Below are positions 23,201 to 37,184 of a stretch of DNA of 64,000 bases, piece after piece. Every line of letters begins with the position of its first letter. The first letter of the stretch is position 1. Origin of the DNA: Octopus sinensis. Taxonomy: Eukaryota. The stretch covers positions 22,692,001 to 22,756,000 of the forward strand of contig NC_043022.1 in NCBI RefSeq assembly GCF_006345805.1. The letters are read 5' to 3'. The notes beneath the pieces were generated by a model. That model made no database searches. It had not been told where the DNA came from and saw nothing but the letters and a program-made list of their open reading frames with translations. A program made the position numbers and the translations under genes.

Positions 23201-26200
23201 TTTTGCTTAGGTGCTTTTTAAAATTTGTTTGGCGTAACTTCGGTATAAGTACCGGATACATTTCAAGAAAGTGTTTTTTTTATATATATGGGGGGTTAGG
23301 GTTAGGGTTACGGTTACGGTTAGGGGTGGGAAAAAAGGGTTTCTGTTATCTTCAGAAATGTAAACAAAGCTACTTCCGGTACTTATACCGAAGGATCGCC
23401 ATTTTTTTTTCGGTACTTTTCATTTTTATTTAGTGCTTTTAGCTATCGAAATAATGACATTTCAGGATTTTTAATTGGTGACTCAGTGATGGAGTAAAGC
23501 TCTCTTGGATTACTGAGATAGAAAAGAGCAATGGCTGAGATGATAGAATAGCGACCAACTAACAAACTATGAGGTAAGTGGTTTGCTTATTCTACGATTG
23601 TCCATGGACAATCGTAGAATAAGCAAACCACTTACCCGTGGATCAGGCCACGGGTAATCTTTCGGTATTGATTCGTGATATCATTCACCCTCACAACCTT
23701 CCCTCATGATATTAAATAAAGAGGCTCGGCTGAAAAAGAGTGCGAATAACTTCGTCTCCTCACCCCGACATTATGTAGTGCACTAGGGTGGATGGAATCG
23801 ACTTAAACCCCTTGTTTGTCCCCTCTATGTTTAAGGAAATAATTATGTAGACCAATATCAAAGGAATGCCCATGCCATGTGGTTCTATATGTCTTCGTTA
23901 CTCTATTTCTGTTGAGATGCTCTGTGTTTCTTTCAATTAATTTTAAATATAACAAAGAATTTAGTAAAATAACTTTGTTATCATTCAGCTAGTATTAGGA
24001 ACATAAGGCGTAACTTCGGTATAAGTACCGGATACATTTCAAGAAAGTGTTTGTTTTTTTTTATATATGAGGGGTTAGGGGTGGGAGAAAAGGATTTCTC
24101 TTATCTTCAGAAATGTAAACAAAGTCACGTGTGTACCTATACCGAACATAAATTGTAACCAAGGTTTGGCGGAAGATTTTAATTCAAAACTTATGAAAAC
24201 AAGACATTTGTACTCAGAGCCAGAGCTGGTTTCAGCCGGGTTGGTAACGAAAGGGGAAAACTCAGATTTTGTGAATTTTCCGAAGTCTTCTCCCCACCCC
24301 GTTGGAAAAGATTTACCCCCATAAATTTCTTTATAATCGTAATATATGTCATTTGAAAGGTATTTCTATAAAATTTCATTGACCCCCCCCCCCATTTTCC
24401 TAAAACTTATATGGTAAAAGCTCGGATCTTGTGAATTTTTCTAAGTCCTCTCCCCAGCCTCCTGTTGCTTTGCACGCATTTTTTTTTCATATTCGTTTCC
24501 TACATATTGTTTTACACCCATTGCAGTATTTTGGATTTTCATTTCCGGGTCAAGATGTAAACATTAACCGAAAGGGTTAGGGTTATTATTAAAGTGGTGA
24601 GCTGGCTGAGTCGTTACTGCATCAGACAAAATGCATAGCAGGAATGAGAACCCAGGTTTGAAATTTCCCCAAGACACCTGATGAAGGCTGGAGGGTATAT
24701 CAGCCGAAACGTTGTGTTAACAACAAACAAGATGTGGACAAATATCCATCGAATGTAAATAATGTTCAGAATTCCTCATCTCTTAAATATAGAACTGTAT
24801 CACATAATGGGGTCACAAAATAGCACTGGTGCTGGTGCCATGTGAAAGGTACCCTGCACACTCTGTAAAGTGGTTAGCATTAAGAAGGGCCTTGAGCCAT
24901 AGAAACCATGCCAAAACAGGCAATTGGAGTACCGTGCAGCTCTCTGTCAACCCATCCAACCCATGGGAAATGGATGTTAAATGATGATGATAATAAATGC
25001 AGGTAAGGCAGCGAGTTGGCAGAAATGTTAGCACGCTGGGCGAAATGCGTAGCCGTATTTCGTCTGCCACTACGTTCTGAGTTCAAATTCCGCCGTGGTC
25101 AACTTTACCTTTCATCCTTTCAGGGTCGATAAATTAAGTACCAGTTATGCACTGAGGTTGATGTAATTGACTTAATCCCTTTGTCTGTCCTTGTTTGTCC
25201 CCTCTATGTTTAGCCCCTTGTGGCTAGTAAAGAAATAGGTATGGCTGAGTTTTAAGAAGTTTGCTTCCCAACCATATGTCCCATGTGACACCAGCACAGG
25301 TACCTTTATAAGCGACACCAGGATGGGTACCTTTTACATGATACTAGCATGGGGGCTTTTCGCGTATCACCTTACATCGTTACCAGCATCGCTTTACTGG
25401 CACCTGTACCATTGGCATGTGTAAAAAGATTCGAGCGAGGTCATTGCCAGTACCGCCTGACTGGCCCCTGTGCCGGTGGCACGTAAAAGCACCCACTACA
25501 CTCTCGGAGTGGTTGGCGTTAGGAAGGGCATCCAGCTGTAGAAACTCTGCCAAATCAAGACTGGAGCCTGGTGTAGCCATCTGGTTCGCCAACCCACAGT
25601 CAAACCGTCCAACCCATGCTAGCATGGAAAATGGACGTTAAACGACAACAATGAACCAGCACAGGTGCCTTTTATGTGGCACTGGCACATATAACATCAT
25701 TGCTGTATAATGAAAGTAAATGGGAAAAAGACTCACCTTAAGTTCTTCATTCTCAGACCAAACTTTATTGACTTCTTCTAATCTGTTCTGGGTCTCTTGG
25801 TCCTTGGAGTTGATCAGCTGCCATAGAATACAATAGAACATCATTCAATAGAAGTCTTACTATATTCAATATAGGATCTTTTCGGTTTGATCGATAGTTT
25901 TTAACATAATTTCTAGGTAACTAAACAATTTTAAACTTCGTATACTGGTAGAATGTGTTTATAAAACATCTTTTTCTCTTGGCTTTATTGAGAAAATTCT
26001 ATAGTTTGTAAGATATTTGTTGTTTTTTTATTAAATTTCTGCAATTTCAACCAATCAATGACGTCCATTGAGGTAAACAACATTCTGTGCCGTATGAATA
26101 TGTCCCTCGTTTAAGAAACAGATTGGGTTTATTTACATTTGTGAAGAAAAAAGACACCCTTCCTCCCACCCCTAACCCTAACCCTAAAACAGATTGAAAT

Positions 26201-29200
26201 GCAATAGATCGATACTAGGGTCATAATTATGGGTGACAATTTCATATGACACCGCTAGAAAAAACTGCCATTCAAACTGAAAAGATCCTCAATATAATAA
26301 GACTTCAATAGAAGTCTTACTATATTGCACAGATAAATTATCGTAGGTCGTAGGTGAAAGGGTCAAAGGTTGTATTGTATGTATATTTATATATATATAT
26401 ATATATATTAAATAAAATAAAATAAAACACATCTGTTGTTCTTACCTCTTTCAGTTTAATAATTGTGGAATTTAATTCTTCAATTTTCTTCTCTTCATTC
26501 TTTAGAAGATCTTCCTGCTTATCAGCCTCTGCTTGCTTCACTTCTTCAACCGCCTTATTGAGTTCTTCCTTTCCTGTTCAACATTGTTTACATAAAGTAT
26601 ATGTAATAGCTTTTATCATTTATCTTTTACCCCTTTCAGTCATTTGACTGCGGCCATGCTGGGGCCACAGCCTTGAAGAATACTTTTTAGCTGGGTACTT
26701 ATTCTATCAGTCTCTTTTGCCACAACGCTAAGTTATGGTTGGTGGTGGGGAATACACATCCACACACACACATGCACACACACACACACACACACATAAA
26801 TAACATAAGTCCACTCTATAAAGTGGTTGGCATTAAGAAGTGCCTGCCAGAACAGATAGTGAAGCCTGGTGCAGTCTTCTGCCTTGCCTGCCCCTGTCAA
26901 ACTGTCCAACTCATGCCAGCATGTAAAACCAATATTAAATGATGATGATGATGATGATGATGATATTTTCGTGCTGGTGGCACGTAAAAAGCACCCACTA
27001 CACTCATGGAGTAGTTGGCGTTAGGAAGGGCATCCAGCTGTAGAAACACTGCCAGATCAGACTGGGCCTGGTGCAGCCTTCTGGTTCTCCAGATCCCGGT
27101 CGAACCGTCCAACCCATGCTAGCATGGAAAACGGACGTTAAACATTTATTAGAGTGAAACTGAAAGAAGCCCATCCTATATATGTATAATATATATGATG
27201 GGCTTCTTTCAGTTTCCCTGTACTAAATCCACTCACAAGGCTTTGGTCGGCCTGAGGCTATAGTTGAAGGCACTTGTCCAAGATGCCACAAAACAGGACT
27301 GAACCTGGAACAATATGAATGGGAAGTAAGTTTCTTATGACACAGCCATGCCTGCACTTACAGGGGCCCTCAACTGGTAACTCATTTATAAAAGAATACA
27401 TGCAAAACGTGCCTGGGTTGGCAACAGAAAGGGCATCCGGCCTTGTGTATTTCTTAAATGGCTTATAAACACCTGCCACGCTGCACTTGTTTTTGTTCCA
27501 GCACACGATCTCAGATCAGGTCACTTGCTATGCAAGTACATATCAGTAACAATAGCTTACCTTGTTGTTCAGCTTTCTCCACAGCTTCTTTTAATCTTTC
27601 TTGTGCTTCCTGTTGCAAAGATTCAGTCAAGGATTGAACTTCCAACTTCTGGTTTTCCTCATTCTTTGATATGCGAGATTTTAGTTGTGTGTTTTCCTCC
27701 AAAGCCAGAGACCATTTCTTGTGCAAGAAGTCAATATGTTTTGCAGGATCTGTGAACATAAAAGAAACTGATTCAGGCGGCGAGCTGGCAGAAACGTTAG
27801 CGCACCGGGCGAAATGCTTAGCGGTATTTCATCCACTGTTATGTTCTGAATTCAAATTTCTTGCCTCTTCTCATCAAAACTACCATTTTGGTAGTTTGGT
27901 GGCTTAGAGCTTGTTTAGGCTTAAACAACAACAGCAGAAGCAAATACAACAACAAACATCAACAACAACAAATAGAAAACCAAAGAAAAGCACAAACAAA
28001 CATGGCGGTGCCCCAGCATGGCCACAGCTCGTGAGCTGAAACTAGATGTAAATGAAAAAAAATTGAAACATACCTTCAGTAGAAATATTAACATTGATTC
28101 CACATTTTCCCAGAGATTCTTCAATTTTTTGTTGCCAATCAAATTCTATTTTAACCATTTGTTCAAAGAGAGTTTTTAATTGCGTTAAATTCTTCTCAGT
28201 GCTGACAGATTTTAAAAGTTTGATTTCCTGCGAAAGAAGACAGCTTTGCAAACCATTGTTCTTCATTCTTTCCTAAAATAAAGAAAAAATTCAAAATTCA
28301 AAATCTTGATGAAAATGGTAGTTTTGATGAGAACAGGTTAGAAATGTTAGAGAACTGTAATAAATGTTTCTGAGGTCTTTAATTTCACTTCTTTAGGTTT
28401 TAGGTTCAAATCTCACTGGGGTTAATGTTACTTCTCATCTATACACGGACCAAGAAAATACTGGGACTGGTTCTCTTGATTTCACTCTAAATATTTGTAA
28501 TTTTGTGGAGGCGCATGGCCTAGTGGTTAGAGCAGCGGACCTGCGGTCGAGGGATTGCGGGTTCGAATCTCAGACCGGGTGATGTGTGTGTTTATGAGCT
28601 AAACACTTAAGCTCCACACGGCGCCGGCAGAAGGTAATGGCAAACTTCTGCTGACACTTTCGCCACAACTTTCTCTCACTCTTTCCTCCTACATCTTGCA
28701 GCTCACCTGCGATGGACCGGCGTCCCGTCCAGGTGGGGAACCTATATGCCAAGGAAACCGGGAAACCGGCCCTTATGAGTCAGGCGTGGCTCGAGAAGGA
28801 ACAAATTTGTAATTTTGTACATACATGTATGTATGTATACATATATATATATCTTTTATCTTTTACTTATTTCAGTCATTTGACTGTGGCCATGCTGGGG
28901 CATAACCTTGAAGAATTTTTAGTTGAATGAATTGATTCCAGTACTTAATTTTTTTTTTTTTTTTGCTAAGCCTGGTACTTATTCTATTGGTCTATTTTGC
29001 CAAACTGCTAAGTTATGGGGACATAAAACACATCAACACTGGTTGCCAAGTGATGGTGAGAGGTAAACACACAGACACACACACATGCACACATATCATC
29101 ATCATCATCATCATTTAACATCTTTTGGATTGTTTGACCATGGCTGGTAAGCTGGACCAGACTCCAGTCTGATTTGGCATGGTTTCTATCGGTGGATGCC

Positions 29201-29624
29201 CTTCCTAATGCCAACAACTCCAAGTGTGTAATGGGTATTTTTACATGCCACTGGCATGGGCACCAGTTGCGTGACACCAGTATTTTCCACTACTATGATT
29301 TCATTTGGCTTGGTGGGTCTTCTCAAGCATGGCATGTTGCCAAAGGTCTTGGTCATTTGTCATATATCTATATATATATATATCTATCTATCTATCTATC
29401 TATATATATATATATATATATATAGTAATACTAAGTAATTAAGGGTTTAGCAACGATTTGCCTCACCACACCTTTGGTGAGGCAAATCGTTGCTAAACCC
29501 TTAATTACTTAGTATTACTTAAACCTTCCTTGAATGGGGCTTTTGCATGCCGAAATCTTGGTGAAATAATGATTATTCCAAATTAATTAATTTCACCCTA
29601 TATTATTTATTTATATATATATAT

Positions 29625-29680
<56 letters not shown>

Positions 29681-29693
29681 TATAATATATATA

Positions 29694-29770
<77 letters not shown>

Positions 29771-30774
29771 TGTAGGTGCCGGGTTGATTCGGGGTTAACC
29801 ACAGTAAATAAGGTACTCAATACATAGCAGAGTAAAATTAATTTATTATATAGAAGGAGCTTCTACAGGACTAGAACTGTTATATATATATATATATATA
29901 GGCTTAGGAGTGGCTGTGTGGTAAGTAGTTTGCTTACCAACCACATGGTTCCGGGTTCAGTCCCACTGCGTGGCACCTTGGGCAAGTGTCTTCTACTATA
30001 GCTTCGGGCCGACCAAAGCCTTGTGAGTGGATTTGATAGACAGAAACTGAAAGAAGCCTGTCGTATATATGTATATATATTTATGTGTGTGTGTGTGTTT
30101 GTTCCTTCAACATCGATTGACAACCGATGTTGGCATGTTTACATCCCCCAGCGGTTCGGCAAAAGAGCCCAACAGAATAAGTACTAGACTTACAAAGAAT
30201 AAGTTCTGGGGTCGATTTGCTCGACTAAGTGCGGTGCTACTTACCACACAGCCACTCCTTCGCCTATTATATTAGAAATTGCTAAAATACTTTGTGTCTA
30301 GTACAAGTATAACCAATTTTATTGTACATAAATTTTAACAACAAAAATTTATATGAACCTCACCCCACAAAGACCAAAGGAACCTCCATTAGCCATATAG
30401 GTACCCCACCACCCTGGGCTATATGGACCCTCGTACTGAACCACTGATCTAGAACTCCTGTAAAATCAACTTACAACAGATTCCTGAAAGCCTGTTTCCA
30501 ACTGGTGGATATCTTTAATGAATTCTTCTTTCTGCTTATAAACCTCGTTTATTTTGTCCTGCATCTTGGCTAGTTTCTCTTTCACCTTAGATTCAGCTGT
30601 AGCCATCTTTTTCAACATCTCGATCAAATCATCGTCACTGACCTCTTTCTTTGGAATCTCACTGCCAGGAACGGAGAAAATGGCTTGTATAACTCTGCTT
30701 CGGAAACATTCCATCTGAAAATAAAAATACAAACTGCATAAGTTCCATGGTAGACTACTGATCTCAGATGAACT

Positions 30775-30806
<32 letters not shown>

Positions 30807-33800
30807 ACACACACACATACACTTACACACACACAAGCATATTCATTTCTGACACACCACTTCCACAGATGTGCCCTGTCTCTATTTCTAGCAACTCATA
30901 GCAGTTGTCAACATTTTGCATGTAGTGAAGAATTATGTGTACCAACGACAAATTAAGTTCACTGAATAAATTATTCTTAACTGTGAATCGATTCACTCAT
31001 TTGTCTACTTCAATGGTATACACACTCCTTTTGCATCTGTTCACCATGATACACACATGGAAGCACTCCGTCGGTTACGACAACGAGGGTTCCGGTTGAT
31101 CCGATCAGCGGAACAGCCTGCTCATGAAATTAACGTGTAAGTGGCTGAGCACTCCACAGACACGTGTACCCTTAACGCAGTTCTTGGGGATATTCAGCGT
31201 GACACAGAGAGTGACAAGGCCGGCCCTTTGAAATACAGGTACAACAGAAACAGGAAGTAAGAGTGAGAGAAGATACACACATAACCACTACACCTTAATA
31301 ATAATCTATTAATAGAGGGTGGCGAGCTGGCAGAATCGTTAGCACGTCGGGCGAAATGCTTAGCGGTATTTCGGCTGCCGTTACATTCTGAGTTCAAATT
31401 CTGCCGAGGTCAACTTTGCCTTTCATCCTTTCGGGGTCGATAAATTAAGTACCAGTTACGCACTGGGGTTGATGTAATCGACTTAAGCCCTTTGTCTGTC
31501 CTTGTTTGTCCCTTCTGTGTTTAGCCCCCTGTGGGCAATAAAGAAATAAATAATCTATTAACAGTAGTCATCATAATAATAGTCCTTTCTAATAAAGGTA
31601 CAATGGTCTGAAATTTGTGGGAGGGGACTAGTCGATCACATTGATCCCAGTATTCACTGATACTTAATTTATCAACCCTGAAAGGATAAAAGGTGAAGAT
31701 GACCTCAGTGGCATTTGAACTCAGAACTTAAAGATAGACAAAATGCCACTAAGTGTTTTGCCTGGCATGCTAATAGTTCTGCCAGCTCTCTGTTTGTTCC
31801 TTCTTGAGCCATGCCTGGCTCATAAGGGCCAGTTTCCCGGCTTCTTGGCGTATAGGTTCCCCACCTGGACAGGACGCCGGTCCATCGCAGGTGAGCTGCA
31901 AGATGCAGGAGGAAAGAGTTAGAGAACGTTGTGGCGAAAGAGCCTCATGGAGCTTAGGTGTTTCGCTCATAAACACACACATCGTCCAGTCTGAGATTCG
32001 AACCCGCGATCCCTCAACCGCAAATCTGCTGCTCTAACCACTAGGCCATGTGCCTCCACAAATATAATGCGCCCTTTTAAAGCCTAGCCAGGCTCATGGG
32101 CCCGGTTTCTATGGCTTATGTGTTCCCCAGCTGGACGGGACGCCAGTCCATCGCAGCATTACTCATTTTTTCTAGCTGAGTGGACTGGAGCAACGTGAAG
32201 TGAAGTGTTTTGCTCAAGAACACAACATGTCGCCCGTTCCAGGAATCGAAACCACAATCTTACGATCATGATGCTGACACCCTAACCACTAAGCCACATG
32301 CCAGCTCTCTGCCTTAGTAATGATGATGATGATAATAATAATCCTTTCTAATAAAGGCACAAGGCCTGAAATTTGGTGGGATGGGGGATAAGTTGATTAC
32401 ATTGATCGCAGTATTTCACTGGTACTTAAATAATCGACCCTGAAAGCATGAAAGACAAAGTCGACCTTGGCGGAATTTGAACTCTGAAAATAGGGATGGA
32501 TGAATATGATAATAATAATGGTTCAGAATTTTGGCATAAAGCCAACAACAGGTGCTTAATTTATCAACCTCAAATGGATGAAAGGCAAAGTGGACCCTGG
32601 CAGAATTTGAACTCAGAATGTGAAGACAGACAAAATGCCACTAGGCATTTTGCCCAGCATGCTAACGATTCTGCCAGGTCGTGTATTAGTAATAATGCGT
32701 CCCCAAAGTCCATCCCCTCCTCACTGTGGTGGGGACGCTGGCACCGGGTAGTGTCAGAGCTATGCCGTCGGGAACTTCGGTTCCTGGTAGGACCACCTAA
32801 GGCAGATTGGGCTCAACCCGGCAGACGGGGCTCTGTTGAAAATCCTTGGAGTGTCTGTTTCAGCAACTGGCAGCTCCTCGGTCGTTCTGCCCCTGTGTCT
32901 GCGGACAATCTGCGGCAAACAGGGTGTCTCTACATGCAGGATTGTTGGGGACCGCTTGTCAAATCCACAAGTTCCCACGAAACTTCTTCCATAAATTCTC
33001 AATGGCGAATACAATGCCTCGAGGGTGGTAGAAGCTGACTCAACCCACCCAGGGTGAATGTCGCCACAAGTACAAGTAAGTAATAATAATAATCCTTTCT
33101 ACTAAAGACACAAGGTCTGAAATTTGGGGGAGCGGGTAAGTGTATTACATCAACCCTAATACTTTCAACTGGTCCTTATTTTATCGACTCTGAAGGGATG
33201 AAAGGTAAAGTCAACCTCGGAGGAATTTGAACTCGGAACATAAAGATAGATGAAATAATGCTAAACATTTCTCCCAGTGTGATAACATTTCTGCCAGCTT
33301 GCCACCTTCATCTAATAATAATAATAATAATCCTTAAGATTTAACCCTTTAGTGTTTAAACTGGCCATACCAGGCCAAACTTGTCTTCCTGTTATATGCT
33401 TGAACCAGCCAGCTCTGACTTCTCACACCTACCCTACAAAGTCATTCTAAAAATAAACAGGAACATCATCAAAATCTCAGAGTTACAAGATGCTGTACAA
33501 TTAATTTAAAACAATGTAATTAAACAGGCTTTACATTTGTCAGAGTAACCTGAATGCTAAAGGGTTAGACCAACCTTTTTGACAGACTTTTCCAAGTCTA
33601 TTCTCACCATTCTTTCAGCTCTTTTCATGTCTTCTAATTCCGACTGAACTTTCTCCATTTCAGCCCCACTCTGGCGTTTCTCTTCCCTCTGCTCACTGAC
33701 TAATTGCTTCAGATCAACAAGTTCCACTTGCTGTGACCCAACCAAAGTGTTCTTTTGCTCAATTTCTTTCTCCATCAACATCAAATTGTTCTGAAGATTG

Positions 33801-36800
33801 CGAATTTCTCTCTCTCGCACTTCACTTGTTTCCACAGCTTTGGCACCATCTTTCACTTTAGATAACTAAAAATGGTTAAAAACAGTCCATGGAATAACGC
33901 AAAATTCTAGGAATATGCACACAAATACTACTACCATATGTCTGTTTGTGTGTATGTATATATATATATATAATATGTCAGGTCACTTTCGAGTGCTACT
34001 GGTAACATGTAACCCAGTACAACCTGTTGCATGGTCGGGTCGTCGGCAACTAAACCAGGAGGGTGTATATTGGACACCCTGCAGGGTGAAAAATAAAACC
34101 TGTCAACGGGTGGAGGAACTCTTGAGAGCCAATGGCCATCCAATAAATGTCTTAAGGCTGTATCATGCGCGGGGACATCGAAATAATCGGACTGAATACT
34201 CGATCGCGCGGTTAAACCATTGGGAGTGAAGGACTCCTAGCCTTTGTTAGGGCATCCTTCTAGGAGAAGGTAACTCAGGTAACTGGGATAACTCCGACAT
34301 AAAACATGCAGTTCAGTGGTTACCGATGATGTTGACTTGTTCTTCTTTTCGAATTATGGCTGCTGTTGCTTAGTGAGTGGAATTGACTCAGTGCACAGCC
34401 TTTCCTCACTTAAAAAAAAAATCTTCTTGTACAGTCATTGCACGAAAACAACATTGATTAAGCTTCGTGCAGTGGCCACACTCGATAACGAGGGGGCAGC
34501 TACCATATATATAAAAATTTAGTTTCAATGAAAAACATAAGTTCACAAATTTTTGAAGTTCTTTTAAAATTTGAACTTTCAACTGTTACCATATAACAAA
34601 TCCTCATCCATACCTGATCCCAATGCTGGAATTTCAAGAACCAAATGAAGGGAAGATTTTTAATCCTGGGTTCATCCTGATTCCAAAAAGGTATAATATC
34701 TCTATATAGAGTAGATGTAGACTGAGACACAGGTGTCCCAGATGGACGGACGGACAGACAGAATTTTGTGTTTGGTATTATTGATATTTGCACACACACA
34801 TAATCATGCCTGCATTATGCATATTTAACATATGCACTTTGTAGTTCATATTTACATATATGCGTGTGCCTGATTGCGGAGTTTCACATTTTTTCACATG
34901 TGAATTCATAAGATTGCCTATTTATGAGTTTGTGTCTATCTCTTATGATAATATTTATATAAAAGCTTGTGCATAGGAGTGGCTGTGTGGTTCCGCGTTC
35001 AGTTCCACTGCATGGCACCTTGGGCAAGTATCTTCTACTATAGCCTCAGGCCGACCAAAGCCTTGTGAGTGGATTTGGTAGACAGAAACTGAAAGAAGCC
35101 CATCGTATATATGTGTGTGTGTGTGTATATATGTTTGTGTGTCTGTATTTGTCCCCCCAACATCGCTTGACAATCGATGCTGGTGTGTTTATGACCCCAT
35201 AACTTAGCGGTTTGGCAAAAGTGACCGATATAATAAGTACTAGGCTTACAAAGAATAAGTCCTGGGATCGATTTGCTCGACTAAAGGCGGTGCTCCAGCA
35301 TGGCCGCAGTTACATGACTGAAACGAGTAAAAGAGTATAAGTTTGTGTGTATATTCATTCTGTTAACCATTTTGGATCATTCACATGTGCACATACATAC
35401 ATGCATACACACACACACACCTATATTTATACATGTGTGTGTGTATGTATATGCTTATAACTGAGTGTGTGTCTGTGTATTTGTGTCTGTTCTCCCCACC
35501 ATCACCACTGCTTGGCAGCTGGTGTTTACATCTCTGTAACTTAAGAGTTCAACGAAAAGACACTAATAGAATCAATACCAGGCTCTAAGAAATAAGTACA
35601 GGGGACAATTTGTTAATTTGTTCAACTGAATCCTTCAAGGTGGTGCCCCAGCATGGCTGCAATCCAATGACTGAAACAAGCACAAAAGATTAAGGGTCAA
35701 GATAGAAACCTTAGTTGACAGCTGTTGCAGGTTAGTTTCTTTCTTCCAGGCCTCCTTTTTGAGGGTTTCAAGTTCTCGGGTCAACTTCATGATGGAACCA
35801 TCCTGAAAAGACATTAGAATTGGTCATGTAAACAAAATCAGAAACTGATTCTTCAGTTGGGTTTCACACTAACAGGTACTATGAGTAGGTACAATTTACC
35901 AGTTTGAATGCTAAAGAGTTAAAGGTACCCATGTCTGCAGAGTGTGGAGGCACGTGGTTTAGTGGTTACGGTGTCAGCATCATGATCGTAAGATTGTAGT
36001 TTCGATTCCTGGACTGGGAAAAATAATCGATGATTTGACTGAGGTCTGGCGAACCACATGGCTGCACCAGACTCCAGTCTGATCTGGCAGAGTTTCTACA
36101 GCTGGTTGCCCTTCCTAACATGAACCGCTCCGGTGCTTTTACGTGACACCAGCACTGGCAATGGCCACACTCAAATGGTGCTTTTTATGTGCCACCTGTA
36201 CAAGAGCCAGTCCAGCAGCACTGGCAGCGACCTCGCTCGGACAAGGATTCTGGATTATTTTTCCAGTTTTTTTACTTAATTTTTGGGAGCGGTCAGGTTT
36301 ATTTCAGATATTCTCATTTTAAAAATCATCTCTGGCTAATTGTTGAGAGGACGTTGGAAGTTTGTGCTCTCTGAGTTCTCATTGTTGTTGTTGTTGCTAT
36401 TATTATTATTATTATTATTATTAGAAGTAGTAGTAGTAGTAGTAGTAGTAATAGTAGTAATAAACACTTCTTTCTAATATTGAGACACAAGTCATCTTAT
36501 GAAAAATCTCTTCCTAAAGCTAAGACACCCAATCCTGTTATGACCCACCCTTACTACAAAACCTCTCTCTGAAGCCAAGACATCAGTGTCGTAATGACCT
36601 ACCTTATCGGACACTTCTCTCTGCAGCTGAGACACAAGCCCAGTAATGATGCTTTTGTCCTTTCTCAGTTGCTCCACTTCTATCTGTACTTTACTCAACT
36701 GCTTGGCTTTATTCTCCAACTCATGTTTAACGTACACACTGGATGGATCTGGTTTCGAATCCACTTTCAACACCTGTAAATTAGAAAAAAGTGTACAATA

Positions 36801-37152
36801 TTAGGTACAGGTGTAGCTGTGTGGTAAGAAGTTTGTGCCCCAACCACATGGTTCCAGGTTCAATCCCACTGAGTGGCAGCTTGGGCAAGTGACTTCTCTA
36901 ATAGTCTCGGGCCAACCAAAGCCTTGTGAGTGGCTTTGGTAGATGGAAACTGAAAGAAGCCTATTGTACATGTGTGTGTGTATGTGCAGGTGTGGCTGTG
37001 TGGTAAGAAGTTAGCTTCTCAACCACATGGCTCCAGGTTCAGTCCCACTGCATGGCACCTTGGGCAAGTCTCTTCTACTGTAGCTTTAAGCTGACCAAAG
37101 CCTTGTGAGTGGATTTGATAGGTGGAAACTGAAAGAAGCCCATCATATACAT

Positions 37153-37184
<32 letters not shown>

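Noticed and set aside
28507-28575. tRNA-like sequences at SINE heads (also 5678-5745 and 39072-39140)
   Set aside because: No complete acceptor stem, and they continue into SINE bodies; not called as tRNA genes
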